From: Bispira polyomma
Lineage: Eukaryota
Length of the DNA: 64,000 bases
Direction of reading: 5' to 3'
Assembly: GCA_965649765.1 (NCBI GenBank)
Contig: OZ287748.1
Coordinates: 13,640,001 to 13,704,000, forward strand
Made by a program: the position numbers and the translations under genes
The notes under the pieces: generated by a model
The model's input: the letters and a program-made list of their open reading frames with translations, nothing else
Database searches by the model: none
Told to the model about the DNA's origin: nothing
Shown: one piece after another, positions 25,146 to 37,400 of the stretch
Layout of the letters: the number at the start of each line of letters is the position of its first letter
Numbering within the stretch: the stretch's first letter is position 1

Positions 25146-25825
25146 ACAGGGTTCCCATGGATATTGACATAATGTTTCCATACATTTCCAGTCAAAATAG
25201 TCACTTTTCAGGTATACATTTAAACGTGTCTATTATATTACAACCTCAAAAATAGCTGTACACTGCCTCTCCCCCCCCCATTCACCTTTTACAGCTGTCA
25301 CATACTATCAATTGGTTTTGGAATATAACATGTGAAATCTGACATGGACCTGTTTTACATTTTGCCGCAATTGCAGCTTTTTGTTGCATCAGATGTTGCT
25401 TAGATTAAAAAATTTCATGACTTTTCCATGACATTTTGAAATTTTTAAATTCCATGATTTTTTTATGACCCATGGTAACTCTGCACAGAGACTGTACATG
25501 TATTGTGTTATATAGGTATATTCCCTCACGCTTCCAATTATCGATCACGTAAGTGGGAAAATATAAGAAATGTATTTTAACAATTCAGTACCAGTCCTGT
25601 TTTGACCTCATATTTTCTAAACGTTTGTTGTTGATAAGTGGGAAGTTTGTTTACATTTTATAATGCCAAATGATTAGTCCTTCAACTTCTACAACATGAC
25701 ACAGTACAAAACGAATAGTTTGTTCCTGATTGATAATAGGAAGTGATTAAAAATAGGAAGTGATTGATAACAGAAAGTGATTGATTATAGGAAATTTGAC
25801 GATAAGACAAACTCAGAGATCTTAC

Positions 25826-25987
25826 ACTTCAAGAATTCAGCCTCTGCATGACTGTCTACCACCAGTAATTCTGAGCCACCCTCAGAACACTTGTCTTCTG
25901 CCTCAGACTGGGTAAAATTGGGTGAAGAGTTACCAGAGTAACAGTGGCCTCCAAATGTGGGTGAGTCATCAGCGCAGTACAGTTTGC
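25826..25987 (-). CDS. Lectin-mosaic gene exon 3: N-terminal part of CTLD1
   Basis: YCADD...FGGHCY...AEDKC...SELLVVDSHAEAEFL; ttatag|GC...T|gtaaga, 162 bp. Confidence 0.9.
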
Positions 25988-26249
25988 CTATAAAAAGGTG
26001 AATATATATAAGCAATTATCTGACAATAACAGATGGAAATCTAAAGCTTTTAACATTCACCAGACTTGGACATGTCACTAATTCATATTCCAATTTAAAA
26101 AACTATAAATACAACTAATGACATAAACTTAACCCTTTTCCCAGTATAAGCTTAGCTTTCTAGAATAGTAAAGTTATTTAAAACATTTTATTAACATAGG
26201 ATATTCTATTGTTCATATTAAACTATTCATATGTTATTAATGGCATATA

Positions 26250-29200
26250 GTTTGTTATCAGCAAAAGCCTCCACAAACCTTCAGAATTAGCATCGGTTTC
26301 CCCGAGCCATTTGACAGACTAGAGTATTTGCAATATGTAGACAAAATAGAACAACATGCTATAAAACATCGCTTAAGTTCTTTTATTATAACACTAATAT
26401 TCTTACCATGCAAATCATGTAAACCATTTGCTTTAGTGACCTTAAGGTTACCTTAACTTATTTAAGATTACTTTTTGTTACAGGTTTATGTTAGACTTAA
26501 GTTGGTTTTTACTAAGAATGGAAAAAAATAAAATTGCCAAACCCAATGTATGTGTAGATATGTAGTGTGGGAAGAGAGGTGCTTATGAAAAGTTTCTGCT
26601 ACTAAACCAGCCGCTGCTGGGGTTTTTACTAAATACCTCCAAATGGCATCCGAAAGCCACCCCGCATGTACCTTTATATATTCTAAATGCACATTGGAGA
26701 CAAAGGCCCAGGAGACCCCCGATCTGCGCAGAGAATGGAATCCAAATTCTGCAGGGGTGAGCCTAATCTTTCTGAGAAAACTAGCTAACACCGACCTGAC
26801 TTTGTAAGCTGAAATGACCACTGTATTCTGGTTTTCCCTATATTGAAATAAAGGAGCTTTATTGCTACCTTTTTTTGGTAATATATCCCTGAGAGCCTGT
26901 ACAGGGCACAGGTTTGAACCTGGCAAAAGAGGAACCTGAACTACCTGCAGCTGTCCAGAATGCTGCATGTTCTTAGAACACTCAGTTATTATGTGAGCCT
27001 CTGGTTTAGCCCAAACAACATCCCCCTGGGTGGGGAACCTAGTGGGGAGAAACTGTGAAGAGGAGGCGGGGACGAGTGTAGCCAACCTATTGAAACCAAA
27101 AAACGCCAGTAAGATTATTGCCTTGTAAACTGGAGCCCCTGGAAACCCTTGTAACAGGTGATCCAGTTGTTGGAGCTTATGGACACTGAAGACCCCTTTG
27201 ACCTTGAACTTAAGGAGGGCATTATTTGCCACTGGCTTTATCATCAAAGTAACCTTTTTATTGGAAAGTGCTCCCAAAGGGAAACCAAACATCTGAAAGA
27301 AATGCCTAATGACTGCCAGATATCCTGAGATTGTTTGTGAGCGCAGCCTTTGCTGTGCGACAAACTCGATAAACAATAATATAGACTGTAGCTCGTAGGG
27401 TGAGGGAAGCTGTAAATGTACCACAAACGCAGTGTAAGGTCGAAACTTGGAAAGGTAGGCTAAGGAGGTTTGCGGACGGAACTCTGTGGCCACCCGAGAG
27501 GTGACACCTTGTAATAGTTGTCTGACTACTGGATTTTCAGCAAATTGTAACATTAAATATCATAATTTGGTATCATCATGTCTTCCCTCACACTGTACCA
27601 GTTGCAAGTCTTCAAGAACTGGACCTCTGTCCTGTCAATATTGCTATAATGATCCCATCTTGATAAAATATCTGCATAAATGTTACTGACCCTGCTAATA
27701 TGCTGGGTGTCAACCTCTATATCGTAATGTGCTTTTATAAGCCATATTGTCCTTGCACAAACATTAAGAAACACGTCACTACTCTTAGCATTGTTTAACA
27801 CATAAACCACCGACATGTTGTCACAGTGTACACATATCTTAGAATCTTTCCATTACTCCCTCCATAAACGAAATGCCACGACGATGTTAACCATTTTGTA
27901 GTGAACTATTGTTAAGGGGCTGTATCCAGTAACTGGTATATTAAGACTATAAACATTATTGTTCCATAACGCGCCCATAGCTCTCGATGAAGCGTCTACA
28001 AAGACATGGTGTGTGGGTATCTGGTTTGTGTGCATAACTGTTCCACCTTTGTAGCAATCTAAGAGCTTACAGAACCAATTTTTACCTTTTTGAAAAGAGG
28101 GGCTTAGATGCACAGACCTATTTAGGGAAGTTCCCCTTAATACAGCCAATATTCTGTTGACAAATAACCTAGCCGGTTTAACACACTGGTGTATGTATAT
28201 CAGTTTTCCTTGTAGTTTTTGTAGGCATTTTCGTGTAGCCCAAGTTCGCTGAGCCCATTCGATACACATGTTCTTTGTGACTTATCCTTTTCATTAAGGC
28301 CAAGGCAATAAGGAGGATTTTAATTGTTCTTAACTGACACCTGGATATAAAATCCCTAAGCCACTCTCCCATGCTATCTATTAAAGTGTCACTACTTAAA
28401 TGAAGTATTGTTACATTATATTGAGAGACAGCCCTAACCTGGTCAACTATATTATCCCTCAGATTACACCTGATGTCCCCAAAGTGGCCCTGCTGTATGG
28501 CCATGCTAACGATAAAAGATAGTTGAGACCTCTCACTTGTGACAGTATCTAGTAAACTATAGGCCCATTGTTCCCCTGTTGAACTTACAGAGCTTGTGTA
28601 GTAACCAAAGTTCTCTAAACTAGTGTTTGACACATTTTAATACTGGGTGAGCCTTAGCTCTGCCCAAGTGAAAATGTATGACTTGCACCCATGTAAATAT
28701 GGTTTATAAGCCTAATATGTGTAAACTATTTGTCCATGTAAATATGGCCCTTGTTTCTAATAGAAGCAAAAGTGCTGTCTAAAGAATTCAGTAATTGATA
28801 TTTGTCCATGTATGTATGGCCCTGTCTTTTATGGGAAGCAGGACGGCTGCCCAGTAAAATGTCTAGATCACATTTGCCCATGTACATATGGTCCTGGTCT
28901 TTAAGGGAAGCCGGACAGCTGCCGATTGAAATTTCATCTTCAATACTACTAATGTTGCAGCCAATTTGTAATTCACACCTATTGACAGCCCTTTTACTCT
29001 GGAAAGTACTACATAAAATACCTTGAGGTCGTTGACTCTTTATACTACTATCAAGGTACATTTCTTCTAACACATGATTATACTGGTGACACTTAATACT
29101 GCCTGCCAGGATAGGTTCACTGTGATAATTAAAACTGTTCATATTCACCCTATTACTAGCTGGTTGAGGAAGTACAAGTCTATAACCAATGGTGGTGTCG

Positions 29201-30660
29201 CAAACGCACCACTGGCAGAAGCAGCAGCCCAGAAGCTTACTACCCCAGAATTTACTACTAAGAATGTCCCAGTCAAAGTGACTGTTTTTGGCTTCCTTAT
29301 TGTATGTGATTTGACTGTGTGTACTTCCCCTAGCCCTGCTAGTAAAATCAAAATTAAACACACTTTTTTCTCTTATCTGTACTGACTGGGCCCTTGCCTG
29401 GTTCCTGTGACTTCCGATTACACTTTATTTACGGATGCTCGTAGTTTTTATTAACCACATGATAGCAATAAGCACAGGAATGCTTTTGAAGTCGGCCCCC
29501 TTCATAATGATTCCCGTCAAACTTGCAAAAGCCCCTAGAGTATTTACCAAATATTGTCACCTTGCCCCCCTGCTCCCTGCTGCTTGTAGCACTGGTGGCG
29601 GGTTTTTGAGTGTTCTTTGCACGAAACACTGGCGAACTCCATCTATGCCGTCGAGATCATCCCAGGATAAGTTTTCCCTTTCGATTTCCGAAAGTATGGC
29701 CGCGTGAACTCTTTTGGCCGTGAGTCAGGAAAGTCTATAGCATCTTGCATTAACAAATATTGATAATGCAGCATATTTTTTTCTAATTTCAACGTCATTT
29801 TCATGTAACATACACCTAGCAAAGCCTTGGACCCACTGAAAAATATTCAAGTCCTCATATGTCGACTCTTTAACACTGGTATCCTTACGTTCTGGCTTTG
29901 GTGAACTGTGTGCTGAGGGTTTTGACTGCATCGAAAGGTCATTGTGTCGGCTGCATTCTTGCCTGGCCATGCGCTCCTCTAGCTGCTGAAACTTGTCCAT
30001 AAAGGGTGTCTAGTTTCACTAACACGTCTGCGTTATTTACCCTTTTCTTGGCTGTGACTTTCTTGGCTGGCTTCGCTTTCGCCCCATTTCCAGAAACTGC
30101 ACCTACGCCTGCTGGTTAGTACCGTGGGGCTCCTCTGTTTGTGACAGCTCCTCGTCCCCCTGTGTATCAACAGTATTGTCTTCAAATTCTGAACATGAGA
30201 GGGCCCCTTCGATGCCCTCCCCACCACAAAGTTCCCCGACTGGGGGCCCATGTGAAGTATTGCATTTAGAGCACTTCCGATTGACACTTCTGGTGTTATA
30301 AACTCTTGGTCGGCCCATACTGTGTAAAGGGCAGTATAATATAAACCGTATCCAAGTGACCAAAATAGTATAAGTTAAGAGAACGGTAATATCACACAAT
30401 TTCCACTAAAATATGTAAATGTTCCTCTCCAATGATAAAAAACACTTTTGTTTCCTTGCAATCAGTTTCCAGAATGAGCCCAATGCTTGACCCCAGCCAG
30501 AAAGAAGGGTTTTTGGCGGGAAACCATTGTGTGAAATTGCAAGTCTCTTAATGAATTGTTTGGTGTGTATTTTAGGTGACACTTATTAGGCAAGGGCTGA
30601 CACTGAACTGACCCAGGAAACTGACGTCTGATGCTGCCCCCCCTCACGCACTCAATTGAT
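26250..30660 (-). mobile_element. Ngaro/DIRS-like YR retrotransposon with the RT core missing; boundaries approximate
   Basis: Gag fragments 29429-30320 (Cys/His knuckles), RT thumb and RNase H 27553-28269 (VDAS, HCDN, ADILSR), YR 26486-27553. Confidence 0.85.
26486..27553 (-). CDS. Tyrosine recombinase of the Ngaro-like element (355-aa open ORF)
   Basis: LLAFFGFNR, LCPVQAL, FHSLRRSG, GWLSDAIWRY. Confidence 0.85.
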   Translation of the reverse strand: MLQFAENPVVRQLLQGVTSRVATEFRPQTSLAYLSKFRPYTAFVVHLQLPSPYELQSILLFIEFVAQQRLRSQTISGYLAVIRHFFQMFGFPLGALSNKKVTLMIKPVANNALLKFKVKGVFSVHKLQQLDHLLQGFPGAPVYKAIILLAFFGFNRLATLVPASSSQFLPTRFPTQGDVVWAKPEAHIITECSKNMQHSGQLQVVQVPLLPGSNLCPVQALRDILPKKGSNKAPLFQYRENQNTVVISAYKVRSVLASFLRKIRLTPAEFGFHSLRRSGVSWAFVSNVHLEYIKVHAGWLSDAIWRYLVKTPAAAGLVAETFHKHLSSHTTYLHIHWVWQFYFFPFLVKTNLSLT

Positions 30661-30721
30661 TTATATTTTGTTGCACAAAAATGTCATTACCACATATTGT
30701 ATTGACATTACAAAGCCTAGG

Positions 30722-30890
30722 GCCAGGGGGATCAGCGATTCCACTAGTAGAGATCCCGATCAGAGTTTCCCCTAGTGGAAACTGCGATTGCAGCCCTTAA
30801 ATAATGGATTGGAATCTCCACTAGTGGAAACTCTGATCGGGATCTCCACTAGTGGAATCTCCGTTTCCCCTGAATCGGAGTCTCCACTGT
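30722..30890. repeat. Hairpin with ~38-bp arms built from the palindrome TCCACTAGTGGA
   Basis: 30741-30779 versus 30818-30855. Confidence 0.8.
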
Positions 30891-31559
30891 GACATATATA
30901 TATGATTGAAATAAGTCATTTTTTAAATTTAAACAGAAACACTTTATTTTGGATGAAAAAATGTTAAAAAAGGACTATGTCAATAAACACTTTCCTTATG
31001 CAAATCACATAATTATATGCTTGAAATAAATTATTATTTCATTTTTTTAAACAGAAACCCTTTAGTTTTCATAACAAATAAACAAATTAAACTAAATGCT
31101 AAAAAAGAGTATCATTAAATAATATTATCTCAGAAACTATTATGCATTTTGCATTTTTATCAGATACATGTTCAATCTTTTACAGATTTGTTCTTTTTTT
31201 ATATGCTAATCACATATGTGCTTCGAAATATGTCATTATCTCATTAAAACAGAAACACTTTAGAATAGACAAATTAAATGCTGCACATCAACACAAATTA
31301 CTTTGGGATGCTTCGGTTTTATTTTTCAAAAACCATTTTCTAGTTTGTCTTTGTTGGTTCCGTCAATATGGTATTCTATATTTTTGCGGTATTTGACCAT
31401 TGCTAAATACCGCCCCCAGGTAAAGATTTTTTGTTTCTTAGTTTTAGCGTGTAATTGTCATTGCAATACCATTGCAGTGACACATTCCTGTGTGTCTGAG
31501 GTTATGTCAAAAAAGTACTCAGCACAGTAATCTATATTTATCTGTTATTAAAAGTACAA

Positions 31560-32415
31560 ATCAACCTTTTATTGACTATCCAAGTACAATCTACTAGTCC
31601 AGTAGCCTTTATTCCCATAACTGAGCGGAGAGATGAACGTTATTTTAGCCCACTGCCCAATACTGGGAATAGAACCCTATGACAGAGGTCTGCCATAATG
31701 GCTCTCGGTCAAACTGGGTACATTTATTTTGTTTGTAATTTTATGAAACGTAACAAACAAAAATAAACAAAGTGGAATTGGTGGAAACGCTACGAAAAAC
31801 TGAATTATGAGATGTTTTGTTCACGCATTCATCACATATTGGTAGCTGTTTCAACTAGGTTTGTGACGTTTGCCACGTTTTTTTATACGTTTGGTTATGT
31901 TCTATACAATTACATCACACATTTCATTATATTTTGATCTCATTTGCCATGTTTCAAATATTATATATTCGCTTCACTTATGTCTTTTATGTTTCTGGTA
32001 CATTTTGATAATGCTTTGGATATATATTACATCTGAGTGCCATCTTTTACGTTCATATACATGTCAGATGTGTCATACGTTTTCCCCCTACCCAGGAACC
32101 GTTTTAGTGAAGATTGTCAAAAATGACTTTAAACATAGCTTCATGTTGGTCGAAATGATGAATTTTTTTTCAATGTTTGAGTTATGCAAACGTACGCTTC
32201 CCTACGCACAATAGGTTCATCATGCAAATACTTACGTTTCATCTTCCATTTACTATTTTTTGTGCGTAATCAAAATGGACGCCCAGTGTGATCGAGCCAT
32301 TATGGTGTTCATCTGAGCCATTTGTATTTAGCTAGCCCTAGGCTGGCATGACATCGAACCTAGGTCCTCCTATTGTTCCTACGTGAACATGTGTTACCAG
32401 CTAGACCAATGAGTG
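31560..32415 (-). mobile_element. tRNA-derived SINE split by a ~600-bp TIR element (~31696-32302)
   Basis: SINE body gacagaggtctgccat | ggtgttcatctgagccat; imperfect TIR atggctc..ggtcaaactggg / cccagtgtgatcgagccat. Confidence 0.6.
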
Positions 32416-32905
32416 GCAGATATTACAGAAACTAAGTCACTAAAGTTTCCCTATTATGGGCGTTACAAATAACATTATAATTGCTTGGTGAAGTATCAGA
32501 TTGTATGTTTAAAAATTGCTCAATTATTTAAACTGTAAAATATAGATATTTTTGATAAAAAAAATGTATTTATTTCATATATCCGTATATACAATTACAA
32601 AAGTGATTGCAATACAGTTTGATAACAATTTAAACTTTACATTGAATAAAATTATAATTGGAAAAAAAACCTAAAAGAAAAAACAACAGAAAAACTGTTC
32701 AATATGTACACTTGAAATTAATAATGTGTTTTATCTCAGCTCTTATAAGTTAACATATCTCTTATAACTTCAACAGCAGCTGAAATTGCAGTATGATTAA
32801 AACAAGTTTTCCTTATGTTTAATTCAATATAGCCTCAGAATGAAGACTATCTATACAGTATTCTGAGACAAAATAAATACTTGAATATTAAATGCTTCTA
32901 CCTAC

Positions 32906-33038
32906 TTGCAAAACAACCCAGGATTTCTACTCGTATACAAGCACTGTCCATGGCCTGAATGATTTTAAATTCTACTGATATGGCAGCAAATGGAAACAGC
33001 AGCTGGTGGGTCTGTTTCTCTGAACCCACATTAAAAAT
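32906..33038 (-). CDS. Lectin-mosaic gene exon 2: C-terminal part of the F5/8C (discoidin) domain
   Basis: IFNVG...HQLLFPFAA..VEFKII.....CIRVEILGC; ttcag|ATT...A|gtaggt, phase 0-1. Confidence 0.9.
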
Positions 33039-33085
33039 CTGAAATGTGGAACAGGTAACAGAAGTATCATTGTAAAAATCACAAC

Positions 33086-33665
33086 AATTACAGGGGACGA
33101 TTACAAGATTGAACTCAAAAGTGAAGTCTACAGGTTTACTCCATGAAGGCAAACCTTATGATCTACAATTTACCAGAAAAATGTGATGAGGATTGCAGTA
33201 CAGAGGTGACGGCATTTAAAAAGAATATCCTGCAAATACCAAAAGACTTCATATTTGCACAACAAAACATAGGAGGAGAAATTAGATTTAACCTTGCACA
33301 CCAGCTTGGGCAGAAACGCAAAAAACCTAGACCTTTAATTTTCAAGTTTGTGACCCATCGAGGGAAAGTCCTATTCAAAATATCTGAAAACAACCCCTTT
33401 TACGATCAGTGAGCAGTTTCCAACTTCAGTGCGGGAAAGGCGTTCAGCACAGGTACCAACCCTTATTGAAATGAGAAAAGAGGCAAAAATTGGACATACA
33501 TATACCAAGATCAAACTTGTGAATGATAAACTAATTGTTAATTCAAAAGTAAACACTGAGGTTTTTGAGGAGAACCTCCTGGATTACACAATGTCAGTGG
33601 GAGAACCAATTTGTTTTGATAACTTGTTCCACTCAGAGGTTGTTTCAACGAAAGGAAGCATCTGA
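33086..33665 (+). pseudogene. LINE ORF1-like (L1 transposase_22/RRM-type) fragment
   Basis: NLMIYNLPE, AHQLG...PRPLIFKF, ISEQFP.SVRERR, LVNDKLIVN. Confidence 0.7.
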
Positions 33666-34049
33666 AATTAACTCATTATCTGCCCATTGCCAGGTTAGCA
33701 TGCATCAAAGTTGTGGAAACACATCAGTCCCTGGATATCTAACTATTATAATTTATCTATTATTATACAAGTCCTTGCACTTTTCTCTCAAAATAAAGTC
33801 AGCTAAGACCTCAATAAAGACTATAAACCTACACACATTTACATATAAACGAACAAGTCCTTAGACTTGTCTCTCAAAAAGTAACTTTCCCACAGGTAAT
33901 GGTAGAGGACATAAAAATAGTCCAACTACCCAATACCCATGTCTAACCACTAGGCCTGACACCAGAACAGAGAAAGAGAGTATTTAATACGATGAAATGA
34001 ACAAAAATTATGGTTGTTACTGTTTGAATAATTTAGCTAATTTGTTTCA

Positions 34050-34150
34050 TGACAGATATCGGGGCCACAAGTTTGACTTTCTTGACCAGGAATGAGAACT
34101 CTAGATGCGTAGTGGAGAGACCGAATGGCAGGGCTTCTAACTGAAATGGG
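34050..34150 (-). mobile_element. Short DIRS RT remnant
   Basis: FQLEALPFGLST..LEF...VK.VKL, similar to the RT at 1973-2563. Confidence 0.55.
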
Positions 34151-34479
34151 GTGCCGTTCCCCGAAGTTTTTAAGTAGGTTAAGCCCATTGCTAAACAAAG
34201 CCGGCGTGACACGGCCCGTTTTTTAAAAATAGAGATTTCTCTATATTTTTGTGGTGTCGCGTCAATACAAAATAAGCTATACATTTGTGTGGTGTCGCGT
34301 CAATACAGGTACAATAGAAGTTTCTTGGTATGTCTGATGTATAAATTAATATGAAAAATTTCCAACCAAATATTATTTTTTACTGAAATAATATTCAATA
34401 TTGTTTAAGTTATTACTATTTCAGGTACTTAAATCGATACAGGTTGCTCAGTAGCGAGTGCTAGCTGAAAAAATGACAA

Positions 34480-37400
34480 AAAAAAGTAGTTAACAGTCTT
34501 CTTGTGTTATCCACAAACTGTCAGGTTTACAGAATATAAAAAAACCCAAAAAAACCCAGATGTTTTGGCATATTATAAAGCAACAAAAGCTAACATAATG
34601 TGTCTTCAAGATACACATTGGGTTGAAAAAGACAAAATAAAAGTCAAATATGGGGAAATGAATGCTTTATCCATGGTACAAAATCAAATTCACATGGTGT
34701 AGCTATTTTATTCAACAAGCACTATCATATCCAATGGCTTACTTTGAATATGAAGTATTATTTTCATCATATGACAAAGACGGTAATTACATTTGCTTGA
34801 CTATAAAAACAAAATCTGTAACAATCAACTTTATGATAATTTATGCACCTAATACAAATAGTCATACTTTTTCACAAATATACGTGAGGTTATACAGCAA
34901 AATAATCCTGACTACTATGTGATTTGTGGGGATTTCAATTTAGTACTAGATCCGAAAACTGATTGTTATACCTATAGACAAGTTAACAACCCAGGGGCAA
35001 GATTAGAAGTGCTTGACATGACAGCCCAATTAGACTTGCTTGATGTATACTGTAATTAATACTCCCGTAATCGTAGATATACTTGGAGAAAACGAAATCC
35101 CCTAAAACAAGCCAGATTAGATTACTTTCTAATTTCTAATTCAATGATGACAATGTGACATTAAAACTGGCTATCGGTCTGATCAATCAAATATAAATCT
35201 GGAGATCATATTAAATAACTTTACCATTGGTAAAGGCGTATCGAAATTTAATTTCTACCTACTTAAAAATCACTATGATATTAATTTGATTAATACAGTT
35301 ATAGAAGAAGAAACCACAAAATATCCCTGTTTACAATCCTCTTTATAGAACAACTTTCAAAATACAACATTCACAGTAGATGATGACACATTACTTGAGA
35401 TGCTTTACCTCAGAATAAGAGGTGAAACCATCAAATTTGCTTCAATATTAAAGAAACAAATTCATCTAAAAGAAATCCAACTGAAAAATGATATCAAAGT
35501 TTAAAATTTCAGTGTATTTCAAAAAATTGACAGTTACTTTCAGATAAAAAAGCTAAATTAGAATCTATTAGGGAGGACAAAATGCAAGATCAAATGATGA
35601 GATAAAGAATACAGTGGTTAAGGGAGGCTGAGAAACCTCAGTACTTCATTACCAGGGCTGTAAACAATTGCTATAAAAAAGGCCAACTTTCAACTACTGT
35701 ACGACAATGGATTATAACATGCATTCCTAAAGGACACAAGGACAGATGTTTGATAAAGAATTAGTGACCTATATCCTTACTGTGTGTAGTATATAAACTG
35801 GCTTCTGGAGTAATAACAAACAGGATTAAAAAAGATCTTGACATAATTATTTCTAAAACACAAACTGGTTTATTGCTGGTAGGCAAATGAGTGACATGAT
35901 TCGATTGATATATGATATTATGGATATTGCAGAAAAGAAAAATATTCCATGTCTTCTAATGCTTACTGATTTTAAAAAAGCCTTTGGCTCGGTTTCCTGG
36001 ATATTTTTATATGATACTCCTCTTTTTTTTTTGGTTTTAGTGAAAATTTAATCCACTGAATACTATTTAATACCAACATAAAGGCTTGTGTAATACAATG
36101 CGGACATTTGTCTGAAGGAATATCAATAGAAAGAGGTTGTAGACAAGGGGATCCATTGTCCCCAAATTTATTTTTAGTTGGGGCGGAAATTCTTGCAATG
36201 TTAAATGAAATAAGTCCAAAAAAGTAGGTTTTAAATTACATACTTAAGAGTTTAAGCTAACACAGTTTGCAGATGACAAAACCCTCATGTTAGATAGAAA
36301 TCAGCACTCTCTACAGGCAGCGCTCAATATTTTTTAAATCTATGGCAATTTTTCAGGGTTAAAATGAATAAAGACAATACAAAAATTATATAGATAGGTA
36401 GAAAAAGATATTCAAAGGAAAAACTGAATATGTCAGTACGGTTGGATTGGGGAAAATCAGAGTTCACATTATCAGTTAGAATTTATTGTAAATTTGCCTG
36501 AAATCAATTACACTAAGGTTTTAGACAACATTACAATTGAATTAAAAAAGTGGCAGAGATGACAGCTTACACCAATTGGAACAATTACTGTAATAAAAAC
36601 CATGATACTATTAAAATTTATTCATCTGTTCACATCTCTACCAACTTCAGATAGATTTTTGATTAAATTAAATGACCTGCTGTTTAAATTTGTTTGGAAT
36701 GGGTGGCTAGAGCGTTGGCAGCACTAGATGTCAGTCCTATAAGTGACACTGAATGAATTACCCCCTCTTTTTCCCTGCTAGGATTTTTGTAGCTTAATGA
36801 CCAATGTTCTCTTTTCAGGGACTTATAACTGCTAGTACTGGATGCAGGCTATAAAAAACTCTCTATAAGAAACCATCTTCTATAAGAGTAGTAGCAGAAG
36901 TAGGGCCCTAAAATGGTTTCTATAAGAAACCATCAAGTTTCAAAGTGCTGCCAAAATTGTGTCTCCAATTTTAGGGCCCTACTTCTGCTACTACTCCAGC
37001 ACTTTGGCAAATGTCCAATTATTTGGATCAGATTTTATTACATTTTTGTGTTTTATCTTATTTTATTGTGACATATTTTGAATCTCAACAATATTTGTTG
37101 GAGTTATTGGGGCAGAAAGCGGATCCCAAATGTGTCATTGTATTTACGTGTTGTGATATAAGTGATATATAAATATGGTTGTACTAATGGTCTATTTTCG
37201 GAAATGTGGAAAACACCACCGTGGGAAGAATTTTACTCTAAATATAGCGGACCTTAGTTTTTCTCCTGCACATACTCCTGCCACCCGAGCTGCTGGAAAT
37301 CCAGTTCTCAAGGGACGACCTCGTAAGCAGACTGAACATGCTGATGTAGACGCAGTGTCGGTTACACCACCACGTGTCTCACAGAGTGACTCAAACAAGC

